A stretch of 64,000 bases of DNA from an uncultured Gammaproteobacteria bacterium (GTDB lineage Bacteria > Pseudomonadota > Gammaproteobacteria > Thiohalobacterales > Thiohalobacteraceae): NCBI GenBank assembly GCA_963696465.1, contig CAVOKC010000005.1, forward strand, positions 37,562 to 101,561. The letters are read 5' to 3'. Below are positions 25,581-37,671 of the stretch, one piece after another; positions within the stretch are counted from its first letter, which is position 1, and every line of letters begins with the position of its first letter. Both the position numbers and the translations under genes were made by a program. The notes beneath the pieces were generated by a model. It made no database searches. It was not told where the DNA came from and was given only the letters and a program-made list of their open reading frames with translations.

Positions 25581-28500
25581 ATGGCCCACTTCTTCATCGA
25601 CCGCCCCATCTTCGCCTGGGTCATCGCCATCGTCATCATGCTCGCCGGCGGCTTGTCGATCTGTCGCTGCCGGTCGCGCAATACCCGTCCATCGCGCCGC
25701 CGACCATCGCCATCAACGCCAACTATCCGGGCGCGTCGGCAAAGACCGTGCAGGATTCCGTCACCCAGATCATCGAACAGAAGATGACCGGCCTCGACGA
25801 CCTGCTTACATGAGTCGTCGAGCGACTCTTACGGCCGCGCCACGGTGACGCTGACCTTCGACGCCGGCACCGATCCCGACATCGCGCAGGTGCAGACGCA
25901 GAACAAATTGCAGCTGGCTTTGCCGCTGCTGCCCATCGCCGTGCAACAGCAAGGCGTGCAGGTGGCCAAGTCGGCGCGCAATTCCTGCATGGTGGTCGGC
26001 TTCGTCTCCAAGGACGGCACGCACAGCCGCACCGACCTCGCCGACTTCCTCGTCTCCACGGTGCAGGAACCGCTGGCGCGCGTCACCGGCGTCGGCGAGA
26101 TTCAGGTGTTCGGTTCGCAGTACGCCATGCGCATCTGGGTCGATCCGGCCAAGCTGGACAACTACCGGCTCACGCCGATCGACGTGCAAAACGCGCTGCG
26201 CGATCAGAACGCCCAGGTGTCGGCCGGCCAGCTCGGCGGCACGCCCGCCATGCCGGGACAGGGCTTCACCGCGTCCATCACCGTGCAGAACCGCCTCGAG
26301 ACCGCCGAGCAGTTCGAACAGATCCTGCTGCGCAGTTCCACGCAGGGCGGCGAAGTGCGCCTGAAAGATATCGCGCGCATCGAGATCGGCGCCGAGAGCT
26401 ACGGCAACATCGGCCGCTTCAACGGCCAGCCCGCCGCGGGCATCGGCATCAAGCTCGCCGCCGGCGCCAATGCGCTGGATACAGCGGATGCGGTGCAAGC
26501 GCCAAGATCGACAGCCTGGAATCGTATTTCCCTTCCGGCGTCGAAGCGGTGATTCCCTACGACACCACGCCCTTCGTCAAGCTCTCCATCCTGAGCGTGG
26601 TGGAAACGCTGGTCGAGGCGGTCATCCTGGTATTCCTGGTGATGTATCTATTCCTGCAGAATTTCCGCGCGACGATGATCCCGACCATCGCCGTGCCCGT
26701 GGTGCTGCTCGGCACCTTCGGCGTGATGGCGGCATTCGGCTTCTCCATCAACACGCTGACCATGTTCGGCCTGGTGCTCGCCATCGGTCTGCTGGTCGAT
26801 GATGCCATCGTCGTGGTCGAGAATGTCGAGCGCGTCATGAGCGAAGAAGGTCTGTCGCCGAAGGAGGCGACCAGAAATCCATGACGCAGATCACCGGCGC
26901 CCTGGTCGGCATCGGCCTGGTGCTGTCGGCGGTGTTCGTGCCGATGGCCTTCTTCGGCGGCTCCACCGGCGTCATCTACCGGCAGTTCTCGATCACCATC
27001 GTCTCGGCGATGGCGCTGTCGGTGCTGGTGGCGATCATCTTCACGCCGGCCTTGTGCGCCACCATGCTGAAGCCGGTCGAGAAGGGCCACGGCACGGCGA
27101 GGCAGCGATTCGCGGCTTCTTCGGCTGGTTCAACCGCATGTTCGAACGCAGCAGCGAATCGTTACGAATCCGCCGTGGGCAAGATCCTCAATCGCAGCCT
27201 GCGCTTCCTGGCGATCTATGCCGCGATCGTCGGCGTGCTCGGCTGCTGTTTCTGCGCATGCCCACTGCCTTCCTGCCGGAGGAAGACCAGGGCCTGATGT
27301 ACACACAGGTCGTGCTGCCGTCCGGCGCCACCCAGGAACGCACCGTCGAGGTACTGAAGAAGGTCGAGCATCAGTTTCTGGAAAAGGAGAAGGACAACGT
27401 GCGTTCGATCTTCACCATCGCCGGCTTCAGCTTCGGCGGCCAGGGCCAGAACATGGGTCTCGGTTTCGTCAGCATGAAGGACTGGAGCGAACGTCCGGAA
27501 CCGGAACAGGAGATCCACGCCGTCGCGACGCGCGCGATGGGCGCGTTCCAGCAGATCCGCGAAGCGATGGTGTTCGCCTTCGTGCCGCCGGCGGTGATCG
27601 AACTCGGCACGTCGAGCGGCTTCAACGTGCAGCTACAGGATCGCGCCGGCCTGGGCCACGACGCGCTGATCGCGGCGCGCAACCAGTTCCTCGGCCTCGC
27701 GGCGAAGGACCCGCGTCTGGTCGGCGTGCGCCCCAACGGTCAGGACGATGTCGCCGAATACCAATTGGATATCGATTACGCCAAGGCCGGCGCGCTCGGC
27801 GTCTCGGTGGCGGACATCAACAACACGCTGGCGACTGCCTGGGGCGGCACTTACGTCAACGACTTCATCGACCGCGGCCGCATCAAGAAGGTCTATCTGC
27901 AGGCCGAGGCCGAGCGCGCATGAAGCCGGAAGATCTCACGAAATGGTATGTGCGCAACGAACGCGGCGAGATGGTGCCATTGTCGGCGTTCACCACCGCG
28001 CGCTGGACCTACGGCTCGCCGCGCCTGGAACGCTACAACGGCCAGCCCTCGATCGAGATCGCTGGGCCAGGCCGCGCCCGGCTAGCTCGGGCGATGCGAT
28101 GACGGCCGATCGAGGAGATCATGGTGCAATTGCCACCCGGCATCGGCTATGAATGGACCGGCACTTCGTATGAGGAACGCCGCTCCGGCACCCAGGCGCC
28201 GGGCTTGTATGCATTGTCGCTGCTGGTGGTGTTCCTGTGTCTGGCGGCGTTGTACGAAAGCTGGTCGGTGCCGTTCGCGGTCATGCTGGTGGTGCCGCTC
28301 GGGGTGCTCGGCGCGGTGCTCGCCGCGAGCGGCCGCGGCCTGTCGAACGATGTGTATTTCCAGGTCGGCCTGCTCGCCACCATCGGCCTGTCGTCGAAGA
28401 ACGCGATCCTGATCGTGGAGTTCGCCAAGGTGCTCATGGAGAAGGAAGGCAAGGATCTGATCACGGCGACGCTGGAGGCGGTGCGCATGCGGCTGCGTCC

Positions 28501-28729
28501 GATTCTGATGACCTCGCTCGCCTTTGGTTTCGGCGTATTGCCCATGGCGCTCGCCACCGGCGCCGGCTCCGGCAGCCAGAACGCCATCGGCACCGGCGTG
28601 CTCGGCGGCACCATCGCCGGCACCGTGCTCGGCATCTTCTTCATCCCGCTGTTCTACGTGGTGATCAAGCGTATCTTCAAGGCCAAGCCGCTTGCGGATG
28701 CCGCGCCTGCCGCCACGAAGCCGCCCTAG
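25581..28729 (+). pseudogene. RND multidrug efflux permease (AcrB/MexB family), at least 8 frame breaks as assembled
   Basis: Collinear AcrB-like fragments occur in alternating frames: [24 protein letters not shown]; [44 protein letters not shown]; [21 protein letters not shown]...; [56 protein letters not shown]; [38 protein letters not shown]; [24 protein letters not shown]...; and a C-terminal ORF ending [13 protein letters not shown]. No outer-membrane factor gene follows. Confidence 0.85.
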
Positions 28730-28790
28730 CATCTAGCGTCACAACAGCGTGCGCCGTAACAGGCAATAGATGTTTTGCATGAACGGTAAA

Positions 28791-28945
28791 CCTATAAACC
28801 GCATTTGCCACGGAATCACACGGACAAGACCATAAGCTTCGCGCAGGTACCTCCATCACCTGCAAGGTGGTGAATAGTCGCTCCAGGAATGTACTGTGTT
28901 TCAGTGCCTTCCGTGTGCTTCCGTGGCTGGAAAGATTTTTATAGG
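28791..28945 (+). repeat. MITE-like ~155-bp element, copy 1
   Basis: Outer inverted termini are CCTATAAA...TTTATAGG. Sub-terminal inverted repeats are GCCACGGAATCACACGGA...TTCCGTGTGCTTCCGTGGC. By eye it is ~90% identical to the reverse complement of 33474-33637. Confidence 0.75.
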
Positions 28946-28986
28946 GTAAATGATCCGTTCTTTAGTTTGGCGAGTGAACAGTCTGT

Positions 28987-30272
<1,286 letters not shown>

Positions 30273-30304
30273 TCAGAGTCCAATTCGGTTGTTGATTACA
30301 TTTA

Positions 30305-30385
30305 CTCCCTCTCCTTTCGGGAGAGGGTTGGGGTGAGGGAATATCATCAGCCCCCTCACCCTGTCCCTCTCCCGAAGGGCGAGGG
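30305..30385. repeat. REP-like compound palindrome (CCCTCTCC...GAGAGGG / GGTGAGGG...CCCTCACC)
   Basis: ctccctctcctttcgggagagggttggggtgaggg (30305-30339) and ccccctcaccctgtccctctcccgaagggcgaggg (30351-30385). This is an intergenic repeat type seen in many proteobacteria. Confidence 0.6.
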
Positions 30386-30705
30386 AACGCTCATATCATC
30401 AGAAACTATATCTCCAACTGCGCCGGCCAACTCAGAATATGCCAGGTGGGACCAGTCGCGCAGATGCGCGACGATCGCTTCGACGCGCTCGGGTTCGTCG
30501 AAGAACTCGATGACCATGGGCAGATCCAGACCATATCGATCAACTGCGCCGAATGTATGTGGCCATCCTTGCCGAAGCCGCTGATGCCGCGGAACACGGT
30601 GACGCCGCGCACCTTCTCGACATCGTGGAGTCGCGCCATCAGCCGCTGATATTTATCGTGCTCGGTCAGATACACGCGCACGCAGCGCACATCGATGGTG
30701 TTCAT
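30356..30705 (-). pseudogene. DUF190 (PII-like) protein, usual partner of CrcB (frame break near 30525; 3' end approximate)
   Basis: ATG 30705 overlaps the crcB stop (ATGA). The product begins MNTIDVRCVRVYLTEHDKYQRLMARLHDVEKVRGVTVFRGISGFGKDGHIHSAQLID. An alternate frame continues LDLPMVIEFFDEPERVEAIVAHLRD. Confidence 0.55.
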
Positions 30706-31076
30706 ACCTGTCTCCCGATCACGATACCGATAGCCGCTGCACCGACACACAACACTACACTCAGCAGCACATTCACGAGCGCCTTCATGCCCTCGCCCGC
30801 TTCGATCAGATTGACCGTCTCCAGCGAGAAGGTGGAGAAAGTCGTGAACGCGCCGAGCACACCGATCATCAGAAACGCGCGCCACACCGCGCCGCCGTCG
30901 AAGCGCTCCAGCAGCAGCACATACAGAAACCCGATTGCCAGACTGCCAGTGACATTGATGAGCAAGGTGCCATAGGGAAAATCCTTACCCAGCCAGGCGG
31001 CGACGCCGGTGGCAACCCAGAAGCGCAGCAGCGCCCCGAGGGCGCCGCCGGCGGCGATGGCGACGAGTTGGTTCAC
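30702..31076 (-). CDS. crcB: fluoride ion channel CrcB
   Basis: VNQLVAIAAGGALGALLRFWV...FPYGTLLINVTGSLAIGFL...GVLGAFTTFSTFSLET carries the CrcB signatures. The probable GTG start is 31076 (the ORF track extends to 31181). Confidence 0.85.
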   Translation of the reverse strand: MNQLVAIAAGGALGALLRFWVATGVAAWLGKDFPYGTLLINVTGSLAIGFLYVLLLERFDGGAVWRAFLMIGVLGAFTTFSTFSLETVNLIEAGEGMKALVNVLLSVVLCVGAAAIGIVIGRQV

Positions 31077-31222
31077 GCGATCCTGTAGCGGTTGTTGTTC
31101 ATTGGGCGGCAATGGTACATCAAACTGCCCCGGGACTGATTTGAAACCCGTCCCCGTGGGACTCGCAACCCGGGAACGCACCGCCTATCCCGGCTGTATC
31201 GGCGCCACTTCCCAAGCTTAAC

Positions 31223-31293
31223 GTAGCCCGGATGAAGTGAAACGGAATCCGGGTTCGCCGGCCCCGGATTTCGCTGCGCTGCATCCGGGCTAC
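31223..31293. repeat. REP-like palindromic element (GTAGCCCGGATG...CATCCGGGCTAC)
   Basis: GTAGCCCGGATGAAGTGAAACGGAATCCGGG...CCCGGATTTCGCTGCGCTGCATCCGGGCTAC. This is a classic GC-rich extragenic palindrome type. Confidence 0.7.
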
Positions 31294-31312
31294 AGGCTGG
31301 GGAATCGGGGCG

Positions 31313-32633
31313 TTATTTCTTCCCCGCCTTGCGATCCAGTTCGCGCAGATGCGCGAGCTTCTCGGCGATCTTGATCTCCAGGCCGCGCGGCACTGGTGGT
31401 AATAATGTCGCTCTGGCATTTCATCCGGAAAATACTGTTCACCGGCCGCATAAGCTTCCGGCTCATCGTGGGCGTAACGGTAGCGCTCGCCGTAACCCAG
31501 TTCCTTCATCAGCTTGGTCGGCGCGTTGCGCAGATGCAGCGGCACGTCCAACGAGCCGAATTCGGCCGCATCGCGGCGCGCCTGATTGAGGCCATATACA
31601 CGGCGTTGCTCTTGGGCGCACAGGCGAGATAGACGATGGCCTGCGCGAGGGCGAGCTCGCCTTCGGGGCTGCCGAGACGTTCCTGCACATCCCAGGCATT
31701 CACGACCAGTTGCCAGCGCGCGCGGGTCGGCATTGCCGATGTCCTCGCTGGCCATGCGCACAATGCGTCGCGCAATATACAGCGGATCACAGCCGCCATC
31801 GAGCATGCGCGTCAACCAGTACAAGGCCGCGTCCGGGATCGAACCGCGCACGGATTTGTGCAGTGCGGAGATCTGATCGTAGAACGCCTCGCCGCCTTTA
31901 TCGAAACGGCGCAGACCGCCGACGATGACCTCGTTGATGACGGATTCAGTGATGACTTCGCGCCCGTCATCGTTTCTCGGCCAGATCAGCGGCGATTTCC
32001 AGGAGATTGAGTAGCCGGCGCGCGTCGCCGTCGGCGGCCTGGCGAGCAGACGTGCCGCAGCTCCTCGGCCAGTTGCGATGCCGCGCGCCCAGTCCGCGTT
32101 CTGCGTCTGTCAGCGCGCGATCGATGAAGCCGAGCAGGTCGGCGTCTTCGAGCGCCTTCAGCACATAGGTACGGCGCGCGACAACAAGGCGTTGTTCAAT
32201 TCAAACGAAGGATTCTCGGTCGTCGCGCCGACGAAAATCAGCGTGCCGTCCTCGACGTGCGGCAGAAACGCATCCTGCTGCGATTTGTTGAAGCGATGCA
32301 CCTCGTCGACGAACAGCATGGTCTGGCGGCCATAGGCTTACGCTGCGTGCGCGCCTTATCGACCGCCGCGCGAATATCCTTGACCCCGGCGAGCACGGCC
32401 GACAGCGTCGCGAATTCCGCCCCGGCGGTGTGCGCCAGCAAGCGCGCGAGCGTGGTCTTGCCGGTGCCCGGCGGTCCCCACAACACCATCGAATGCAGAC
32501 GGCTGTTCTCGATGGCGAGCCGCAAGGGTTTGCCGGGGCCCAGCAGGTGCTGCTGGCCGACGAACTCATCGAGATTCTGCGGTCGCAGGCGGTCAGCGAG
32601 GGGGCGGTACGGATCGGTGACGGATGTGGGCAT
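31313..32633 (-). pseudogene. rarA: replication-associated recombination protein A (AAA+ ATPase), at least 4 frame breaks
   Basis: The N-terminus is MPTSVTDPYRPLADRLRPQNLDEFVGQQHLLGPGKPLRLAIENSRLHSMVLWGPPGTGKTTLARLLA. Later fragments are [69 protein letters not shown] and YRYAHDEPEAYAAGEQYFPDEMPERHYY. The terminal LEIKIAEKLAHLRELDRKAGKK ends at a TAA at 31313-31315. Confidence 0.85.
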
Positions 32634-32739
32634 GCGTGAAAAAAGGACTAGCGACGGTCGTGTCGGAGCGGCCCGCGGCCGCGAACGGACCCTCTGCCGA
32701 ACTGTTCACATCTACAGGCCGTTCCGACAGGCGAAGGAT

Positions 32740-33411
32740 TCACGGCATCTCACCGATGACATCGACGCCGGCCTTTGGCGTGAAGTTGAACAAACCCGTT
32801 TCGACATGGCCGTTGCGCCGCAAATTGCTGAAGCGGATCAGCGTGGTCTGATCGAAGCCATCGACCAGCTCCATCGCCACCAGCACATCGTTCGCGAAAC
32901 CCAGGCGCAGTTGACTGAATTGCGTATCCGCGAGTCCGTCCTGGGATTTCGGCGTCAGCTCGAACCAAGCCTCGCCGTCACGCGACGCGATAGCCTTCAC
33001 GTCGAACAAAGCTTGCGGTTGCTCCCCCGCACTCAACAACAACGCCGGTGTACCGGCCAATGCATCACCTTGCGGCTTGATCGTGGCCTGTTCCAGATCG
33101 GCATCGTAGGTCCACAGATGCTGACCATCGCCCAACACCAATTGCTCGTAGGGCGTGGTGTAATCCCAGCGAAATTTGCCCGGGCGCTGGATGGTGACCT
33201 TGCCGCTGGCGTTTTGCGTGACGACGCCCTTCGCATCGGTGATGGTCTGATCGAAGCGTGCGGTAAACGTCGATAAGCCGATAAAGAAATGATCCAGCGG
33301 CGTGGATTCGGATTCGACGGCGACGGCCGACGACAGCAACCCGTACAGCAGCAAACCGGCCAAGCTGCGTAGCACGCGGGTCCCGCGCACAAAGTTCATC
33401 ATGTCCTGCAA
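32740..33411 (-). CDS. lolA: outer-membrane lipoprotein carrier protein LolA
   Basis: 223-aa ORF with a signal peptide, then FTARFDQTITDAKGVVTQNASGKVTIQRPGKFRWDYTTPYEQLVLGDGQHLWTYDADLEQATI, the LolA core pattern. Confidence 0.85.
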   Translation of the reverse strand: MQDMMNFVRGTRVLRSLAGLLLYGLLSSAVAVESESTPLDHFFIGLSTFTARFDQTITDAKGVVTQNASGKVTIQRPGKFRWDYTTPYEQLVLGDGQHLWTYDADLEQATIKPQGDALAGTPALLLSAGEQPQALFDVKAIASRDGEAWFELTPKSQDGLADTQFSQLRLGFANDVLVAMELVDGFDQTTLIRFSNLRRNGHVETGLFNFTPKAGVDVIGEMP

Positions 33412-33473
33412 CCTCTTGTTTGATCCAGTATCCGCCGGTTAAGACACCCCGGCGTGCTTCGCGGTTCAATAAA

Positions 33474-33637
33474 CCTAATAAAATCATTTCAGCCACGGAA
33501 ACACACGGAAGACACTGAAACACAGTACATTCATGGAGCGACTATTCACCACCTTGCGGGTAATGGAAGTACCTGCGTGAAGCTTATGATCCTGTCCGTG
33601 TTTTCCGTGTGATTCCGTGGCAAATGCGGTTTATAGG
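33474..33637 (-). repeat. MITE-like element, copy 2 (inverted relative to copy 1)
   Basis: The reverse complement aligns with 28791-28945 along its whole length, apart from a ~6-nt indel and scattered substitutions. Confidence 0.75.
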
Positions 33638-33648
33638 ATAAACAGTGC

Positions 33649-35961
33649 TTAATCTTTCGGCGGCGGCGGTGCCATTACTTCGCGGCTGCCGTTGGATTGC
33701 AGCGGGCCGACGATGCCGGCCATTTCCATGGTCTCGATCATGCGCGCGGCGCGGTTGTAGCCGATCTTCAGACGCCGCTGCACGCCGGAGATCGATGCGC
33801 GTCGCGACTCGGTGACAATGCGCACGGCCTGGTCGTAAAGCGCATCGGATTCGCTGTCCGCGCCGCCCCCGCCCATCTCGGTGAAGCTATCGCCGCTCGG
33901 ATGAATCGCCCTGCAGAATCTCATCGAGGTAATCCGGCTCGGAATTGCCCTTCAGATGATCCACGACGCGATGCACTTCCTGATCCGACGACAAAGGCAC
34001 CATGGATACGCATCGGCACGCCGGTGCCCGGTGCGAGATACAACATATCACCATGACCGAGCAGCGCCTCCGCGCCCATCTGATCGAGGATCGTCCGCGA
34101 ATCGATTTTGCTCGACACCTGAAAAGCGATGCGCGTGGGAATATTCGCCTTGATCAGTCCGGTGATGACGTCCACCGACGGGCGTTGCGTGGCGAGAATC
34201 AGGTGAATACCCGAGGCACGCGCCTTTTGCGCCAGCCGTGCGATCAACTCTTCGACCTTCTTGCCGACCACCATCATCATGTCGGCCAGCTCGTCGATGA
34301 TGACCACGATATACGGCATATGCGTCAACGGCGGCGCCGGCTGTGGGGTCGAGTGTCTTCCGGCTTGTACAGAATGGATCGAGTAATCGGCTCGCCGGCT
34401 TCTGCTGCGCATCCTTGATCTTGCGGTTATGCTGGCGAGTTGCGCACGCCCAGCGCGGCCATAAGTTTGTAACGCCGTTCCATTTCGGCGACACACCAGC
34501 GCAAGCGCGTTGGCGGCCTCTTTCATATCGGTGACCACCGGCGTGAGCAGATGCGGAATGCCTTCGTAAATCGACAGTTCGAGCATTTTCGGGTCGATCA
34601 TGATCAGCCGCACATCTGCCGGCAGCGCCTTGTACAGCAGACTCAGGATCATGGCATTCACGGCCACGGATTTACCCGAGCCGGTGGTGCCCGCGACCAG
34701 CAGATGCGGCATGCGTCCCAGATCCACGACGGTCGGTTGGCCCGGAAATATCCTTACCCAGCGCCAGCGTCAGCGGTGAACCGGCCTCTTCATAATCCTG
34801 CGAGGTGATGATTTCCGAAAGCGAAACAATCTCGCGTTTCTCATTGGGGATTTCCAGGCCGACAAACGATTTGCCCGGGATCACATCGACCACACGCACG
34901 CTGATCGCCGACAAGGCGCGGGCAAGATCTTTGGCGAGATTGCTGATCTGACTGACCTTCACGCCCGAGCCCGGCTGCAATTCGAAGCGCGTGATCACCG
35001 GGCCAGGACTGACGGCGACGACTTCAACCTCGACACCAAAGTCGGCGAGCTTCAATTCCACTAGACGCGACATCGCCTCCAGCGCGGAGTCGGAATAACC
35101 GCCACAGTGGGACGCGCCGGATCGAGCAACGACAGCGGCGGCAGTTCGGAATGTGATGGCGCCATCGAACAGGCGCACTTGGCGCTCCTTCTCGATGCGC
35201 TCGCTGGGCTCGACCTTTTTGATGACCGGTTCGATACGTGGCGGCGGCCGATTCTCGACCTTCTTCTGCTCCTCGCGCACGACTTCCTGACGTTGCATGC
35301 GCATTTGCCGGCTGGCGAGGTAATCCTGCAACTCGTCGATACGGTCGCGCGCCCAATTGACAAAGCGCAGCGTCCAACGCCCGGTGCGGTCGATGACCAC
35401 CAGCCACGACATGCCCGTGAACAGCGTCATGCCCGCGAGGAACAGCGCCAACAGAAACAAGGTCCCGCCGACGTCGCTGAACGGATGCATCAAGTCGTTG
35501 CCGATCAGATCACCGAGAATGCCACCGGCGGATAGGGGCAATACGCCGTAGCCGAGTTTGAGATGCAGACTGGCCAGTCCGCAGCCGGCGCCCAGCGTCA
35601 GCAGAAAACCCAGCCAGCGTAGCGCCAGGGTGTTGTAGTCGATATCACCATCTTGCGTGCGACCGCGGAAAATCAGCCAGCCGCTGTATCCGACCATGAT
35701 CGGAAACAACACGGCGAGGAAACCGAACAGATACAGGAACACATCGGCGAACCAGGCACCCGCCACCCCGCCGATGTTCTGCACGGTGCCACGCGGCCCA
35801 GTATGTGACCAACCGGGATCAGTGCCGTGATAACTCAGTAGCGATACCAGTAGGTACACTGCAATCGCGCTCAGGATAATCAGCGCGCCTTCACGCACGC
35901 CACGACTGACATGGTGCCGCAACGGCGCGGCGTTGAGGTTTTTCTTGCGTGCTTGTGCCAA
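33649..35961 (-). pseudogene. ftsK: DNA translocase FtsK, at least 6 frame breaks
   Basis: N-terminal TM domain (ORF 34672..35961). The ELPPLSLLDP motif appears only in a side frame (35061..35363). Walker [19 protein letters not shown] is in ORF 33921..34727. [24 protein letters not shown] is in a side frame. The C-terminal gamma winged helix is [48 protein letters not shown] (33649..33924). Confidence 0.9.
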
Positions 35962-36181
35962 GGTGGACCCTAAGTGCTGAAAAAGTGCTGCGATTGTATG
36001 TGCGATGGGGGGTTATGACCACCCTTGACGGCGCGAAACTCGGAACTTCCCAGCGTCTCAAACCCCGGAATCCAGATCCTTCGGGATAACTGACCGCGCA
36101 GCCGGTGAGAAACAATGGTTAGTGAGGAATGCCTGTTTGCTACGGGGTCGGGGAATGCGCCGTGTACGCTGGTAGAACTGG

Positions 36182-37660
36182 CTAGCGGGATGCGGGTGGG
36201 GTGCCGCCAAACAATTCTGCCAGCAAGGCATCGGTATCGTCCGCTGCCGGGTCAAGCTTATCGGCGGGTGCAGGTGCGACGGGCGGTGCTGGCGCCGCAT
36301 CCCGAGAAAAACTCGCTAATAAGTCATCGATGTCCACATCGGCTGACACCGACTCGGGCGCCGCCTGGATGGCCGCGGATTCCAGCAGTGCATCGACATC
36401 GATATCCGCCTCGGCCGGCAACGCAGCCACGGCCGTGATCGGTTCGAGTTCTTCTTCGGGAGCTTCCATCGCAACCTGTGTCAGTTCGGGTATTACTTCG
36501 GGTACCACTTCAGGCGCAGTCTGCGAGGCAGTCTCCAGGATGGCGTCGATATCGGTAGCGTCGACAGACCCCGAAGCAGCCTCCGCCGCGTGCGGTTTCG
36601 CATTCAGGCTATCCGCTTCGAGATCGGCGAGGCGCCCGCGCAAGGTTTCGACCTGGCCACGCAACATATTGTTTTCGTCTTCGAGCACCATGACGCAGGA
36701 ATTGAGCTCGTTGTTAGAGCGCTGGATCTTATTGATCGCCTCCTCCAACTCACCGGCCTTGCCGCCTTCAGGTGTTATCGCGCGCAGCATATTGCGCAAT
36801 TTACCGATGGTGCGTTGCTGATCGCCCACAAGGTCGCGCAGTAAATCCGTATCCGGATTGACCACGCCGCCCTTGTGGGTGGCGCCATGACGTGCATCCT
36901 TGAGGCGGTGGTTCTCATGCTCGATGACTTCCAGGCAACGATTCAACTCGACTGCCTGCGCCTCGGCATCGCCCAGTTTACGCAATGCCTCCTGGAGTTC
37001 GTCCGAATCCTCGCCATGCTTATCCAACAAAGCACGCAGTTCGCGCATGGCCGAATGCTGATTGTCGATGACTTTACGCAGATAGCCGATCTGTTCCTGC
37101 ATCTTGTCGATTTCATTGCGGCCTAGAGGCGCCGTTTCACCCGCTGAACTGTCGTCGGTGGGCTCGTCTCCGCCAGGCGGCGCGATGGGTTGCGAGCCCA
37201 GACCGTTGAGTAAGGCCTGCATGCCGCTGACCAGCCGTTGCCGTTGCACCAGCCGATCCTCGTCCTGTGGCGCATTCTGCACATCCAGTTCCAATTGGAG
37301 AAATTGATGGCGCGCGGCCAACATCTGCCGGATGCGGGTCTCGTCTTCGTGTTGCGCGGCCTCCAGCGCATCTTCCGCCTGCTCCGGAATAGCTTCGCCC
37401 AGTAACAGGTTTGAACGCTCGATCTGCTCACGCAGAAAATCCGCGTACTCGGGTGGCGGCGCGCTGGGCTCGCCCGGCGTGTTCATTGGCGCTGCGATGA
37501 TGGGCGAGGAGACTATCGGCGCCTCTTTCAGCTGTTGACGCAACGCTGCGACATCGCGACTCGCACTGCGCCACTTGAAGGACATCACGCCCGCCCACAC
37601 GAGGATGACCGTGATGACTTCCAGGATACCGAGCAGTGCATAGAGATTAAGTGTGTACAT
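36182..37660 (-). CDS. membrane-anchored acidic coiled-coil protein (FimV/HubP-like composition)
   Basis: 492-aa ORF with N-terminal TM LYALLGILEVITVILVWAGVM and long coiled-coil segments. The acidic tail carries repeated DIDAIL / DVDALL / DIDDLL / DTDALLAELFGG motifs. Confidence 0.6.
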   Translation of the reverse strand: MYTLNLYALLGILEVITVILVWAGVMSFKWRSASRDVAALRQQLKEAPIVSSPIIAAPMNTPGEPSAPPPEYADFLREQIERSNLLLGEAIPEQAEDALEAAQHEDETRIRQMLAARHQFLQLELDVQNAPQDEDRLVQRQRLVSGMQALLNGLGSQPIAPPGGDEPTDDSSAGETAPLGRNEIDKMQEQIGYLRKVIDNQHSAMRELRALLDKHGEDSDELQEALRKLGDAEAQAVELNRCLEVIEHENHRLKDARHGATHKGGVVNPDTDLLRDLVGDQQRTIGKLRNMLRAITPEGGKAGELEEAINKIQRSNNELNSCVMVLEDENNMLRGQVETLRGRLADLEADSLNAKPHAAEAASGSVDATDIDAILETASQTAPEVVPEVIPELTQVAMEAPEEELEPITAVAALPAEADIDVDALLESAAIQAAPESVSADVDIDDLLASFSRDAAPAPPVAPAPADKLDPAADDTDALLAELFGGTPPASR

Positions 37661-37671
37661 GCGGGCGACCG

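Noticed and set aside
31077-31320. Possible fluoride riboswitch upstream of crcB
   Set aside because: I compared the minus strand with the conserved crcB-motif core (GGnGAUGG ... AACCGCC ... CUGAUGAnnCCU) and found no convincing match. The region is mostly a REP palindrome and the rarA 3' end. A covariance-model search is needed to be sure.
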